A DNA stretch of 63,028 nucleotides, counting the filler, from Aduncisulcus paluster (lineage: Eukaryota), in assembly GCA_024181965.1 (NCBI GenBank). It is 5 parts of 5 records of this genome, joined end to end, with 100 filler letters (N's around TTAATTAATTAA, not from the genome) between each part and the next. Parts side by side here need not be neighbours in the genome. Positions count along the whole stretch, not along the records: positions 41,550 to 58,620 come from BQXS01012752.1; positions 58,721 to 63,028 come from BQXS01012753.1; 3 more parts are not named here. One strand, written 5' to 3'. Positions 49,001 to 60,849 of this stretch are shown piece after piece. The notes beneath the pieces are model-generated. The model made no database searches. It had not been told where the DNA came from and was given only the letters and a program-made list of their open reading frames with translations. Each line of letters starts with the position of its first letter. The first letter of the stretch is position 1. Both the position numbers and the translations under genes were made by a program.

Positions 49001-50481
49001 ATGTTTCTTTGAGTGTGTCGTTCCTTCCATGAACCATTGAAAATGAAGGGCAGATTATCGCAGGATCATCATATGGAAGAGGAACATAACCTTCGCCAAG
49101 AAACTCTGATTTCTTAAATACAATATTTTCCCACACTTTCTCGGAAGAATCTTCTTCCTTGAATTTTTTAATAGCTTCTAATGGAGGAGAATTTCGGATA
49201 AAAAATAGGGAATACATCCAAAAATTGCGACTATTCTTATCAATGAATGTTCCTTTCCCTTCAATCTCACACAATACAACGTTATCCAAATCAATAGACA
49301 AGAAATACCATTCGCACATTTTCATAATCATATATTTTGTAAATGCATACCTTTTGCAAATTTTCTCACCATTAAAAAGAGTGAAAGTGAATAGAAGAGA
49401 TGGTGAACTAAATACTCGATGGAGACGAAAATAAGCACCTCCAATTGAAACTGGATCCGAAAAAGGAATCGAAATATGTGACACTTCAACAAATGCTTTC
49501 CCTTGCAACATGTCTTGCGCTCTACAACTTTTATCTCGCCTTGAAGGTTCCATATTAACGTAATCAATTTCTGCTCTCACAAATGCATAAGAAGGAGCTA
49601 CGATCGTTAGAGCATTCCGCTGTATGGGAATATGAAATGATTCGGTCATTTCATTGGCCACACACTCCCATTTCGGATAACAAATTGGCTTGAATGAATA
49701 AAAAATCAATAATTAATATATTAGAATGTTTCAAAAGGTTGATACAAATCTCACTTGAAAAAACAAACTTAAACATACTGTTTCAGCCCATAATTTCTTA
49801 TGAGCTTCTTCTTTGTCTTTTCGACCATGTAATTCCTCAGGAGTCTCATCTCGAACAAAAAATATAGAGTTGATTCTAAAAGCTTTGGTTTCTTTCCCTT
49901 CACCTCGAATCTCGCATAAAACGACATCCAAGAGATGAATCGGAAGAAAATACCAATTAGAATGCTGATATTCAGGAATATAGTACTTTATAGAGGCTAT
50001 ATTTCCCGAACTAGAAGTAAATAAGAAAGTGAGATGAGTTGGAAATGAAACCCCACTAAATAAACAGATATAAGCACCTTTAACAGATGAAGACCGAATA
50101 GGTAAAGAAATCTTGGTAAAGGCCACATTAGATGCACATCCCTTTACCATATCTTGGGCTGATTTGCTCCTATCTCTTCTATCAACTTCCCTTGAATCAT
50201 CTTCTCCACGAATTCTATCGAACAAAGTCAGGATAATTGTCGGATCATCAGCAGAAATTGGAGCACTGCCTGTGAATCCTTGCTGAATGAATTTTGCTTC
50301 TACCATAGGGGTGACAATTTTTCTCTATGAAGGGAAAAAAAATAGTTGATAATTAAAGGAGAAAAAAATCATAAATCGGATAAAAACCGGGTAAAATGAT
50401 ATAATTAATTCTACAATGACTTATAAAAATTCATAAATATTCAAATTAAACACATACTTCCCGCTTTTTTGTAGATCTCAT
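46084..50481 (-). CDS. five repeat domains plus a C-terminal Ser/Thr protein kinase, ~1350 aa; exons 50481-50458, 50324-49779, 49688-48126, 48003-46084
   Basis: Three phase-0 introns (GTATGT/GTATGT/GTACGT...AG) join the ORFs in frame. Kinase motifs GRGGFGEV, VLKK, HRDIKPDN, DLG, GTLVYNSCE, DAYSLG. Confidence 0.85.
48007..48063. repeat. 18-nt tandem repeat (AATAAATTAACAATTAAT) x3 inside an intron
   Basis: Directly visible in the sequence. Confidence 0.85.
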
Positions 50482-52017
50482 TGGTACAACTTATTATTGA
50501 GGTGATATAGAATTCAACTATCAAATACTAAAAAAGTATGATTTTATAAAGACAATGATGCAATTATAGAGCAATTTATCTTTCTAAATGTTGAAAAAAA
50601 AAGTCAGACGCATTATTCATAGTTAACGATACTAATAAATCTAATAATGGGAAAAACACACACATTACCAATATTTAAGAAGATATTATATACATACAAT
50701 GGAATTAAAATCTTGTATCCCAGGAAAACTGCGAAGTCAAGATCTCTCGGATTCTGTCTTGATCAATCTCGTGCTTGCAGATTAAAAAATTGCAAAATAG
50801 TGGAAAAATCAATTCACACAAGAGAATATATATACATTAATAACGGTAAATTAAATTTTACCCATGATATTCCATTATTTTATCAAATCGTCTCTTATCG
50901 ACTGAGTTTGTCACCATTTATCGATTTTTGAATTTCTATTGGAAATACCCTAAATCATTTAGTCTGATATATTTGATTATTGTTCATGAATATGCAATAT
51001 TTCTCAATTTGATAAAAAATAATAATTGTTTTTGATGGAATTTCTCGTTTTAGTTTTATTTTCAGGGGTATACACAACCTAAACAACACATAAATACATT
51101 TTTTGGGCACTCAATATCTGTTATTCTCAACATCTGTTCATATTACGCTTCCAGTTCAAACTTTACGAAAAATGGTTCTCATATTCTGAAATTTTGCAAA
51201 ATTACAAATATAATCATTTTAATACTTTACTCATCAAATATTTTACCTCATAACTTTCAGTTAATCCGCATATTAAACAACCAAAGACAACTTCAAGTTG
51301 TCAAACTCTAATACTTGAAGTAGTTGGATCATGAAAAGTCCATTTATTTTATTCGAGGCCTCAGATTAGTTTGTTCATTCTAGAACATTTTTCAAGAATG
51401 ATATTTCTTGATTAAAACGTAAAAAATGTCTATTTCATATTTTTTACAAGGATAAATCGCACCTGAGGGAAATTCACAACTTGCGTCGCAGAAAATTATA
51501 ATATAATAGAATCGTTTGCAATAAAGGTAAAGAACATAGATCCTGTATCACGATAGATATAAAGTGTATCCGTAAGGACACCATTATGATAAGTTCTTCC
51601 CAAAATCTTGCTCAAAAATAAAAAGATAAACAAAAGATGTTTAAAAAATCAAACAAAAAAATTAAGAATTGATCCCTGATATAGTGATTTGATGTGTTTT
51701 AATGGAGAGGGATTGAAGAAAGTATCCAATCTTCAAAATAACATAATTGTGGATGATCTCAAATAATCCTTGCCGGAAAAAATCTCAAATTTGCTGTGGA
51801 AGTATATGGCTACAAAAGATCATCATACAGTTTTAAAAAGAAGAGAATAATAATAAAAAAAATAAACCATTCAATAGAAAGACAACCATTCGATAATTAA
51901 TTATTACAAAGTTAATAACGAGCAATTCGTTAGTTATAAATATATTAAAATTAATGAAAAATCAAAAAAGAAAGTAAGAGAAATAATAAAAAAACAAAAC
52001 AAGAGAAAAATCCTAGT

Positions 52018-53805
52018 TCAACGCATCTTTGAAAAATAGTGTTTGCATTTCTTTATAGAAATCGTTCCATGTAATCCAAGATCTCCAAGAAGCCAAGGAT
52101 AATTGTCAACAATGGAAGAAAAAAATGGTTGGACAACAAAATCGATAAATCCACACTCAAGTTTCGCTGTTTTCTTCATAAGCTCAATAGAGTTACCATA
52201 GGCAGCTGGAATTTGTGAAGAGACCATTTCAATCTTTGAATCACTCAAATAATCTCTTCCAGCCCTTGGTGCTCCAGGAATGGTCATGGTACCTTTTGTT
52301 TCTTCTTCCATTTCAAGAACAACGCCAATACCATCCAATTCACACACATTTACATCAAGAATAGGCCCAGAAATATCCGCTAGTTTCACAAAAATAATGG
52401 AAACAACTGAAATGAGAGTAGATCTGGATGTGAATACAGAAGATAGAGATCGAGGAGAATCGAATGGAGAAACACTCAAAGAAGAGCGAGAACTCAATGG
52501 CATGGAAGACAATTCACAAATAACAGAAGAAGACGAGGAAATAGAAATACTATCGAGAGAATCTTGTCGAATCAAATCCTCAGAAGACTGATGTGTCATA
52601 GAACAGGAAGATAATACAGCCTCAGAAATAGAAGATTCAAGTGTGGAGCACACTGAATTATCTGGAATTTCGCTCATCGATACTTCATGAATATCATCAC
52701 CACGAATGGGCAAAGATTGAGAAGGTCCAGCAGAAATTTTCCCTAAATCACTAGTTGGAATAGATTCCAAAATAGGGACTTCCTTTGAAAATATACCACA
52801 AGAAGCCGGTTTAGTATCATCAACATGCAAGATACACTGACTTTTTGAGCCAATGGCAGATCTATCTTTTGATAGAATTTGCTTGGAACGTTCAAAAGCT
52901 TGCCAAACTGAAAGATCAGTCAATACTTGATTCAAATTACTTGATTTGAGAAGACCCTCAAAATCATATTTCACGTCCATGGCAGTGACCATAATGAGCC
53001 GAAACAGAGCTCGTTTAACGAGTTCAAAATTCTTTCCATTAAACAACTTACAATATTGCAATAATTGGGTTGAAACATCGGCATGGTGGAATTCAAGACA
53101 ACTTGAAGTTCCAAATTTTGCAGGAATTTTATGAAAATTTTTAATCAAAAAGACCTGAGACAAGCCGGGATGACGTAAGTCGTGCGAGGCGGCAGCAAGC
53201 AAACAACAGAGAATATCGCCTTGAGAAAAAACACAATTATCAAGAGAAAGCGATATAAGATGATTTCGGAACAAATACAAAAGGAGAGCAGTAGTGTGTA
53301 AATGAGAGGCTCCATGCTTGTTATTGTGATATTTGGCACAAGAGGTATAATTCATTTCGCAGAGATAAAAGAACTTCAACAATGATAATACAGAAATTTC
53401 AACAGTTTTATCACATTCTAATTCAGAGGCAGCACCAGAATAGAGTCCCATGTCAATTGAAATTGTAACATCAACACCTTTCTGAATATTTTGAATCATT
53501 TCTGGAGAAATAAGCTTTAATTGCTGTAAACACACAATAGAAGTTGCAAACAAGATATAATTGCACTGTTTATGAAGTTCGTAGGTGTTGAAAGACCACT
53601 GAAAAAACATTGTGGAAATATTTGATGTTTCAATAAATTTTATACAGAAAGAAAGAATTTCCATATCCAAATCCCCCAGAAACACTGGTAAATCGATCTG
53701 ATCCGCATCATAGATAGATCTTAAAGAAGACATATGTCTTCGAGAAGAAAACAAAGGTTTCTGAGGAGAAATAGTCGATAAAGAAGTCCTTGAGAATGAT
53801 AGCAT
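52018..53805 (-). CDS. class I cyclic nucleotide phosphodiesterase, divergent
   Basis: YHNNKH, AAASHDLRHPG, LEFHH, KLADIS and GFIDFVV motifs. Confidence 0.88.
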   Translation of the reverse strand: MLSFSRTSLSTISPQKPLFSSRRHMSSLRSIYDADQIDLPVFLGDLDMEILSFCIKFIETSNISTMFFQWSFNTYELHKQCNYILFATSIVCLQQLKLISPEMIQNIQKGVDVTISIDMGLYSGAASELECDKTVEISVLSLLKFFYLCEMNYTSCAKYHNNKHGASHLHTTALLLYLFRNHLISLSLDNCVFSQGDILCCLLAAASHDLRHPGLSQVFLIKNFHKIPAKFGTSSCLEFHHADVSTQLLQYCKLFNGKNFELVKRALFRLIMVTAMDVKYDFEGLLKSSNLNQVLTDLSVWQAFERSKQILSKDRSAIGSKSQCILHVDDTKPASCGIFSKEVPILESIPTSDLGKISAGPSQSLPIRGDDIHEVSMSEIPDNSVCSTLESSISEAVLSSCSMTHQSSEDLIRQDSLDSISISSSSSVICELSSMPLSSRSSLSVSPFDSPRSLSSVFTSRSTLISVVSIIFVKLADISGPILDVNVCELDGIGVVLEMEEETKGTMTIPGAPRAGRDYLSDSKIEMVSSQIPAAYGNSIELMKKTAKLECGFIDFVVQPFFSSIVDNYPWLLGDLGLHGTISIKKCKHYFSKMR

Positions 53806-54486
53806 CAAAATAAAAGAATGAAAAAATCAAATAATTCCCCTGTGGCGAAAACAACAAAGAAGAACAATTTTTTTGGGCAATAATTCAAAACCATGAAAAT
53901 TGTTTTTAATTAGAAAATGTGCAATAAAATAGCCTATAATATTTTTTTTATTGAATTAACCGCAAATCAGTTACTAATTGGCTTCGATATGGTGATCAAA
54001 ATTTCACCAAAATTTGGACAATTTTTTCGGAGCGAAATAATCATGTTGACAGATAAATATAATTATTTATTAAATTAAAACACCAATATTTAATAATTAT
54101 TTCAAATATAAGCCAATGATACATAGATTATCTCGATTTGTTGACAAAGATTAAAACTGACTATCTTTCTCGATTCTGAAATAACTAGATCTATAAATAG
54201 TAACAAAAAAAATAGCACATGAACTAAAATCTAATAATTATCACAAGAATAGAGCAAATCAATTGGCAACAAAATTCCCCCAAACTGAGCAAATTTCTTA
54301 TCTTTGAATTCTTGTTTGAAGTATTTTTTATACAAAATCTCACTTGAGGCGAATANNNNNNNNNNNNNNNNNNNNTACATAGATTATCTCGATTTGTTGA
54401 CAAAGATTAAAACTGACTATCTTTCTCGATTCTGAAATAACTAGATCTATAAATAGTAACAAAAAAAATAGCACATGAACTAAAAT

Positions 54487-57400
54487 CTAATAATTATCAC
54501 AAGAATAGAGCAAATCAATTGGCAACAAAATTCCCCCAAACTGAGCAAATTTCTTATCTTTGAATTCTTGTTTGAAGTATTTTTTATACAAAATCTCACT
54601 TGAGGCGAATAGTTTAAATATTCTAATCAACTCTTCCTGTGGTGAAATGTCATGGCAAGGAGCACCAAGCACAGCGTCATCAAATCCGACTGGGAATCCT
54701 GGCAAACAATCCCATAAGACAAATGAAAAACTATTCTTCAACGGCAACAAAACAACACTGCACGGTACACAGATTCTCTTCGAAAATTCAAGTTTACATT
54801 CTAAAATACATATAGCAAGAGTAAAATACCATTTCCATGCACAAACAAGCTCAGATAGTTGTTTTGTTTCACAAAGTTTTGGTATAATTTTCTCGGTAAA
54901 TTCTTTTTCAATTTCACTTATCTCACGAATCTGTGTTTTCAAATTCTTTATCATTTCCTCGGTTGCTCGTTTCGTGCTACATCTTCCACTAACGCTTATG
55001 ACTATTTCTTGCTTATCTTGGTTATATCCACAGACGTTATTATCCAAAACACCAAGAATATCAACAGTCTGAGCTAGAATACCGAGAGAAAATGGATATT
55101 CTGGTTTAATTTGGAATATATCAAAAGAATCAATGTTATTTATGTAAGTAATATCTCTGAACCATTTCAAAGAGCAGACTCCCCTTTCAACACAATTGGC
55201 CACAACTGAAAAGGGGAACAATGGCATGTCTGTATCATTATTATGAATGGCGGTCGAATCACCACTTTTCGGTCTGAAATTCTGGTGAAATACTTCTGAA
55301 AACACACCAATGTTCCCATGACAAGAACGAGACGGCTTTTTCTTTGGATCTTCTTTAGAATCGCTTGTCAGCAAAAGAGGAGAAAATGCTGGGAGCTTTC
55401 CAAATAACCCACCTCTTTCTGTACTGCATCCGAAACTTCCCAGCTCACATCCACACAGAGATATGGACAGTTTACCATCATACGAGGAAGAAGAAGAAGA
55501 AGAGGACTTTGAAGACTTTGAAGACTTTGAAGACTTTGAAGCCTTTGAAGACTTTGAATCATGAGTGTTGCTGGCATCGAATATCCTTTTGGCTTCATTG
55601 AGTTTCTGTGGAGAACATCCTTGTGGCAATATAAAAATATTTGGGAAAGTAATAGTTAACGGAGCATTGTGAGATATGTCAGAATCAATCACATTATTTG
55701 CTTCCTCCTTCTCCTTCTCTTCCTCTAAATCAACTTCAATTCCTCTTTCCTCCTTAGATCTAAAAATAGACATCGGATTATTTGTTATATTATTTGTTCT
55801 AAAAATAGATCTGATTGAGTGAGTGATATATAAAACAATCCAAGGAGAATTAAGTTGGGGTATTGTTAATCCTCCACACCTAAGCAATATATCTTTTGTT
55901 GAAGAAGAGGAGGAAGATTCATGGGACATTTTAATTGAGATTGAAGGTAAAGAAATACCACATAAACCGCAAGAAAGAGAATACGTTATATTCCCCACTG
56001 AATTACCTTCCCAAGCATTTCTCAATGAGGAAGAAGAAGAAGAAGAAGAAGAAGAAGAAGAAGAAGAAGAAGAATCAGTGGATTGGAGACCAATAGATGG
56101 AAACGATGAAGAATTCTGCATGGAAGGGAAAGGACAAACAGAAGTTGAGGAAGATTCATCAAAACCGAATGAAATAGAGGAGCTCCGAGCTAAAGATAGC
56201 ACACTCACCGATGTATAGGGTATTGTGTCTATATTTAGAAGTTGTATAGCCGGCGGAGTTCGGCCATAAACTGACATTCGTTTCTCCAGAATATTGAACA
56301 AGGAACCCAGAGCTCTAGTATGTGGAAATTCAGACAAAAAGCATGAAGATGGAGCAAGAAGACTCATTAAATTAATTAAAATGTTTGGATAAGAGTCAAT
56401 AAACAAAGAAATAAAGAGAGGAAAGGAAGGAGGAATGGGATGAGAACCTTTCTCTTCTTCTTCCTCTTCCTCTTCCTCTTTCTCTTCTTCTTCCTCTTTC
56501 TCTTTCTCTTCTTCTTCTTCTTCTTCTTCTTCTTGTTGTTGTTGTTCTTTAGATATTTTGAGTNNNNNNNNNNNNNNNNNNNNTCTCCAGAATATTGAAC
56601 AAGGAACCCAGAGCTCTAGTATGTGGAAATTCAGACAAAAAGCATGAAGATGGAGCAAGAAGACTCATTAAATTAATTAAAATGTTTGGATAAGAGTCAA
56701 TAAACAAAGAAATAAAGAGAGGAAAGGAAGGAGGAATGGGATGAGAACCTTTCTCTTCTTCTTCCTCTTCCTCTTCCTCTTTCTCTTCTTCTTCCTCTTT
56801 CTCTTTCTCTTCTTCTTCTTCTTCTTCTTCTTGTTGTTGTTGTTCTTTAGATATTTTGAGTGTTTTCGTTTGTAGAGATGATGATTTCATTGACGTTATC
56901 CATGAAGAAAGAATATTTAATGGATGCGAAGGAGAATTAATTGTATCATCTTCAAAAGAAAGAACAGACTCCTGGTGTGCTGATATCAATTTACACACCA
57001 ATTCCCATTCCTTTTCCGGCATTGTTGAATATCTTCCCATTTCTACAGCCTTCTCTTCTCTCTTTCTTCGTAACAATTCAGATTCCTTCCCCCTCTCTGC
57101 CTCTTCCCATGCCCATACAGCTTGACACACAGGGAAATCGTGAGGAGAAGATAAGGAATGCGTCAATAAATGCGCCATCAGTGAAGAGACAGAAGTTGAA
57201 AGATGCTCAATAACCTCCACGGATGATGAAGAAAGTTCTATATTTGGAACATGAGAAAAAGGGGAGAATAAATGCATCATCCATTGTCGAAGGCAGAGAC
57301 ACTTTTCGGAAGGATCGGATAGAGAATCATGCAGATTACTGGTTCTGAATAAGAGTTCGTGACCACCAAATAATTCGTTTTTTTCAGAAGAATTTGATGA

Positions 57401-58268
57401 TGTTTTTGATGGAATAACAAATCCCATCTCCTCAATTTCAACATCAGATAATCCCATTGATTGTAATTCCTTGAGTTTCTCATCGTCAATAAGGCCTTGT
57501 CCAGGAATTTGTGGCTCTGGTTGTCGTTTTCTAACCGCAACAAGCATATCGGTGAGATTCTTCTCAGATATAAACACAACTATATTTGGAAGTTGTCTAT
57601 AAATAGAATTCGGATTCCCTTTCATTATCATGGATATCGGTGACATCGTTGTTGATGTCACCGCACAAGTACCACGATCCGCCTCACCACAAACACCAAT
57701 ACATTTCCCAAGATTAACAGATGTGAGTGGTGTTGCACCATATGATACAGATCCTGTTCTATTTTTAGATTGTTGAGAAGGATGGATAGATGTCGAGGAT
57801 CTAGGTGATAGAGAATGAAATTTCTCTCTTCCCCCCTCTTCTTCCTCCTCTTCTCTTTCTTCTTCCTCCTCTTCTTCAAGTATTTCATCATTCTCCATGT
57901 ATTCTATAATTAAGTGACTCTCTTCCTCCCACCCCTCTGCAGCAGATAATAAATTAGAATGTTTCAGAGCGCCATTCTTATCTCTTTCATGATATATCCA
58001 ATCTTTATCATCCCTCACGCAGATACCAAGCCACTCAAGTTGTGTAATTCCAATCCATACATCGTTTATACTCCAACGTCCTTTCCTGGCGATCTCGTGT
58101 ATTGTATGTCCATGAAGTACGGGAGATAAAGAGAGAAGCAGCTTGGAGAAAGGAGAAGAAGCTGCCAAAGAAGAGAGAGAGAGATGTGTTGATAATACAT
58201 TTCTAACTTGAAAAGGTGAAGAAGAAGAAGATGAAGAGGAAGAAGAAGAGGAGGAGGAAGAAGAAGAA

Positions 58269-58300
<32 letters not shown>

Positions 58301-58620
58301 AGGGGTAGTTAAGTTAGAGATATCTATCTGAGCTGTTGAGAGAGCCAAAGATGAAGAACGAGATCGTGGAGTCAGCATGACATCTGTGGGGGTCATCATG
58401 GTGGCAGTGGGACAAAGGAAATACCGTGGAGACATAACAGAATAGGGAGAAAGTAAGAAAGAACTTGAAGACAATCTCGAGCCAGGTAACACACCACCAA
58501 AAGCACCCATATCCTTCCCAATGAGAGAAGAGGAAGAATGGGTCAGTGAAGAGGAAGAGGCAGAGATGGAAGAGGATGAACTAAGAAGAACAAAGCCAGA
58601 AGAAGCAAAAACAGATGTGG
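54487..58620 (-). CDS. large low-complexity hypothetical protein with a possible winged-helix segment; 5'-partial, split by a gap/overlap artefact
   Basis: ORFs 56549-58510 and 54487-56658 share the duplicated overlap. HTIHEIARKGRWSINDVWIGITQLEWLGIC is wHTH-like. Confidence 0.55.
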
Positions 58621-58720
58621 NNNNNNNNNNNNNNNNNNNNNNNNNNNNNNNNNNNNNNNNNNNNTTAATTAATTAANNNNNNNNNNNNNNNNNNNNNNNN
58701 NNNNNNNNNNNNNNNNNNNN
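58621..58720. other. artificial contig linker
   Basis: N44-TTAATTAATTAA-N44. Confidence 0.95.
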
Positions 58721-58758
58721 TGTGGAGAAGAGAGGCAGAAAGAGTCAGCAAAGAAGTC

Positions 58759-60849
58759 ATGGAGACAACTGCAGGGCTCAATGAAGATGCCCTTCCACCT
58801 GAGCATATACACCCTCACACACCGGCATCCACTCTCTTCTCTCAGCAGGGCGATATGAATGATATCTCTCCAGTTCCCGCCCCTATGGTGTCTTCCATCC
58901 GTGCCCGCATTGAGGGTGAGCTTCGAGCGGAACAGGAGGCTCGGTATGCATCACTCACACACGAGCAAGAACGTGTTTCCTCCCATCGTATTCACAGTAT
59001 CACAGAGCAACTCAGGGAACATTATGAAGAGACCATGCGTGTGCGTGTGCGTAGAGCCAGAGATGAGGGATTCAAAGAAGGGAAATCTCTTGGGGAGAAA
59101 TCATTGAGAACAGGAATGCAAGATGTGGAGCGAAGAGTTGTTGAGGCTGAGGCTGCCAGAACGGTTGCTGAATCCATGTACAAGGATCTTCTTCCCCTTG
59201 TTGGTGAGCAAAGACATCAAATGAAGAAAGGAGAGCTTGAGCAAAGTAAGTTGGCCGCTTTGGTGGAAGAGAACGTTGACTTGAAACGGCGGTTGGTTAT
59301 CGCTGAGAAAGAACTTGAGAAAGTTACTCGTGATGTAGAGCAACAAGAGTCTTCGAAGGTCGATTTGAGTCAGTATTATACTCAAGGAGACATTGATAAG
59401 ATTAAAGCAGAGGCAGAGGCTCGTTCGAATAGAGCTGTTGCTGAGATGAAACAAAAGATATTAATAGAAGCTGAGAAACAAATCACCATTGCCGTTGAAT
59501 CGGTTGAAGCTTCTGCTCTTCAAGAACTTGAGCTTGCTGAGGAAAAGGCCAAACAAGCTCAAGAAAATGAAGTTTTGATGCGTCAACATCTTGAGCGCGA
59601 GGAAGCTAAATTAAAAGCTGAACGCGAAGAACTGAAAATGAAAATGAAAGAGCTTGAGAAAGTTGACGTTGAATCTGCCGAGACTTCTACCATTCAAGAA
59701 CTTGAGCTTGCCAAGGAAAAGGCCAAACAAGCTCAAGAAAATGAAGTTTTGATGCGTCAACATCTTGAGCGCGAGGAAGCTAAATTAAAAGCTGAACGCG
59801 AAGAACTGAAAATGAAAATGAAAGAGCTTGAGAAAGTTGACGTTGAATCTGCCGAGACTTCTACCATTCAAGAACTTGAGCTTGCCAAGGAAAAGGCCAA
59901 ACAAGGTCAAGAAAATGAAGTTTTGATGCGTCAACATCTTGAGCGCGAGGAAGCTAAATTAAAAGCTGAACGCGAAGAACTGAAAATGAAAGAGCTTGAG
60001 AAAGTTGACGTTGAATCGGTTGTGACATCTTCCATCCAAGAACTTGAACATATCGAGGAAAAGGATAACCAAGCTCAAGAACATGACACGAATGAAGTTT
60101 TGATGCCCCATCTTCCCGACCATAAGAAATCTATATCATCAAACGCTGATCGGGAAGAGTCAGAAGAAAAAAGTGGGGATGATAACCAAGTTCACACTGA
60201 AGAGATGGATGAAGAGAGAGATGAAGAGACTGATTCTTTCGTTGAGATTGAATACATTGTGGAAGAAGATGAAGAGGAGGATGATGGGAATGCCATTCAT
60301 TCAAAACACAAGGGAGAGAAAGAGGATAACGTTCCACCAGAGCGTACTAAGACCCCTGTGAGTGTCCTTCGTACATTCGAGGAAGGAAAGGGTGTTGGAG
60401 ATCTCAAGGGTGATCCGGGCGTCTACTCTCCACCACCTCCTGTGAAACCCACTCCCTCAATGTCCTCAGACAATCCCTCGGATATTCCTCCCAAACCCAA
60501 TGAATCTGCGTCAAAACCGGATACGAAAGAAGAGGAGAGTGAAGGAGAGAGTGTTGAAGATATTGATGCTCTGTTTGATGCCGATATGTATGAAGAAATT
60601 GAGGAAGTGGAGGAACTTGATGATGATGCCTATGAGGAATATTTGAAAAAGAAAGCAGACAAAAAGAAAGAAGAAGAAGCAGAGAAGGTAAAGATTGAAT
60701 TGGAGAAGCAGAAGAGACTTCGGGAAGAAACTCAGCGGATTAAAGAACAGAGAAGACAGGAGCAAGAAAGACAGGATAATCAATCGAAACCCAAAAAGGT
60801 CGAATCTAAGGACAAAGGAGAAGGCAGTAGAGCTTGTACAATCATGTAG
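58759..60849 (+). CDS. coiled-coil repeat protein with C-terminal CaaX motif (CTIM), probably 5'-partial
   Basis: E/K-rich heptads and 58-aa internal repeats; ends ...SRACTIM*. Confidence 0.75.
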   Translation: METTAGLNEDALPPEHIHPHTPASTLFSQQGDMNDISPVPAPMVSSIRARIEGELRAEQEARYASLTHEQERVSSHRIHSITEQLREHYEETMRVRVRRARDEGFKEGKSLGEKSLRTGMQDVERRVVEAEAARTVAESMYKDLLPLVGEQRHQMKKGELEQSKLAALVEENVDLKRRLVIAEKELEKVTRDVEQQESSKVDLSQYYTQGDIDKIKAEAEARSNRAVAEMKQKILIEAEKQITIAVESVEASALQELELAEEKAKQAQENEVLMRQHLEREEAKLKAEREELKMKMKELEKVDVESAETSTIQELELAKEKAKQAQENEVLMRQHLEREEAKLKAEREELKMKMKELEKVDVESAETSTIQELELAKEKAKQGQENEVLMRQHLEREEAKLKAEREELKMKELEKVDVESVVTSSIQELEHIEEKDNQAQEHDTNEVLMPHLPDHKKSISSNADREESEEKSGDDNQVHTEEMDEERDEETDSFVEIEYIVEEDEEEDDGNAIHSKHKGEKEDNVPPERTKTPVSVLRTFEEGKGVGDLKGDPGVYSPPPPVKPTPSMSSDNPSDIPPKPNESASKPDTKEEESEGESVEDIDALFDADMYEEIEEVEELDDDAYEEYLKKKADKKKEEEAEKVKIELEKQKRLREETQRIKEQRRQEQERQDNQSKPKKVESKDKGEGSRACTIM
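59521..60105 (+). repeat. 174-nt (58-aa) coding tandem repeat, three copies plus a degenerate fourth
   Basis: CAAGAACTTGAGCTTG starts at 59521, 59695 and 59869; the copies show small differences. Confidence 0.9.

Noticed and set aside
50647..51900. Long AT-rich interval with a short ORF and a small GTAA-loop hairpin (~51564-51581)
   Set aside because: No recognisable coding or RNA-family signal.
54118..54611. Duplicated 3' end of the minus-strand gene
   Set aside because: Overlap around a 20-N gap.
59521..60105. Possible CRISPR-like array
   Set aside because: Contiguous coding repeats with no unique spacers and no cas genes; eukaryotic context.
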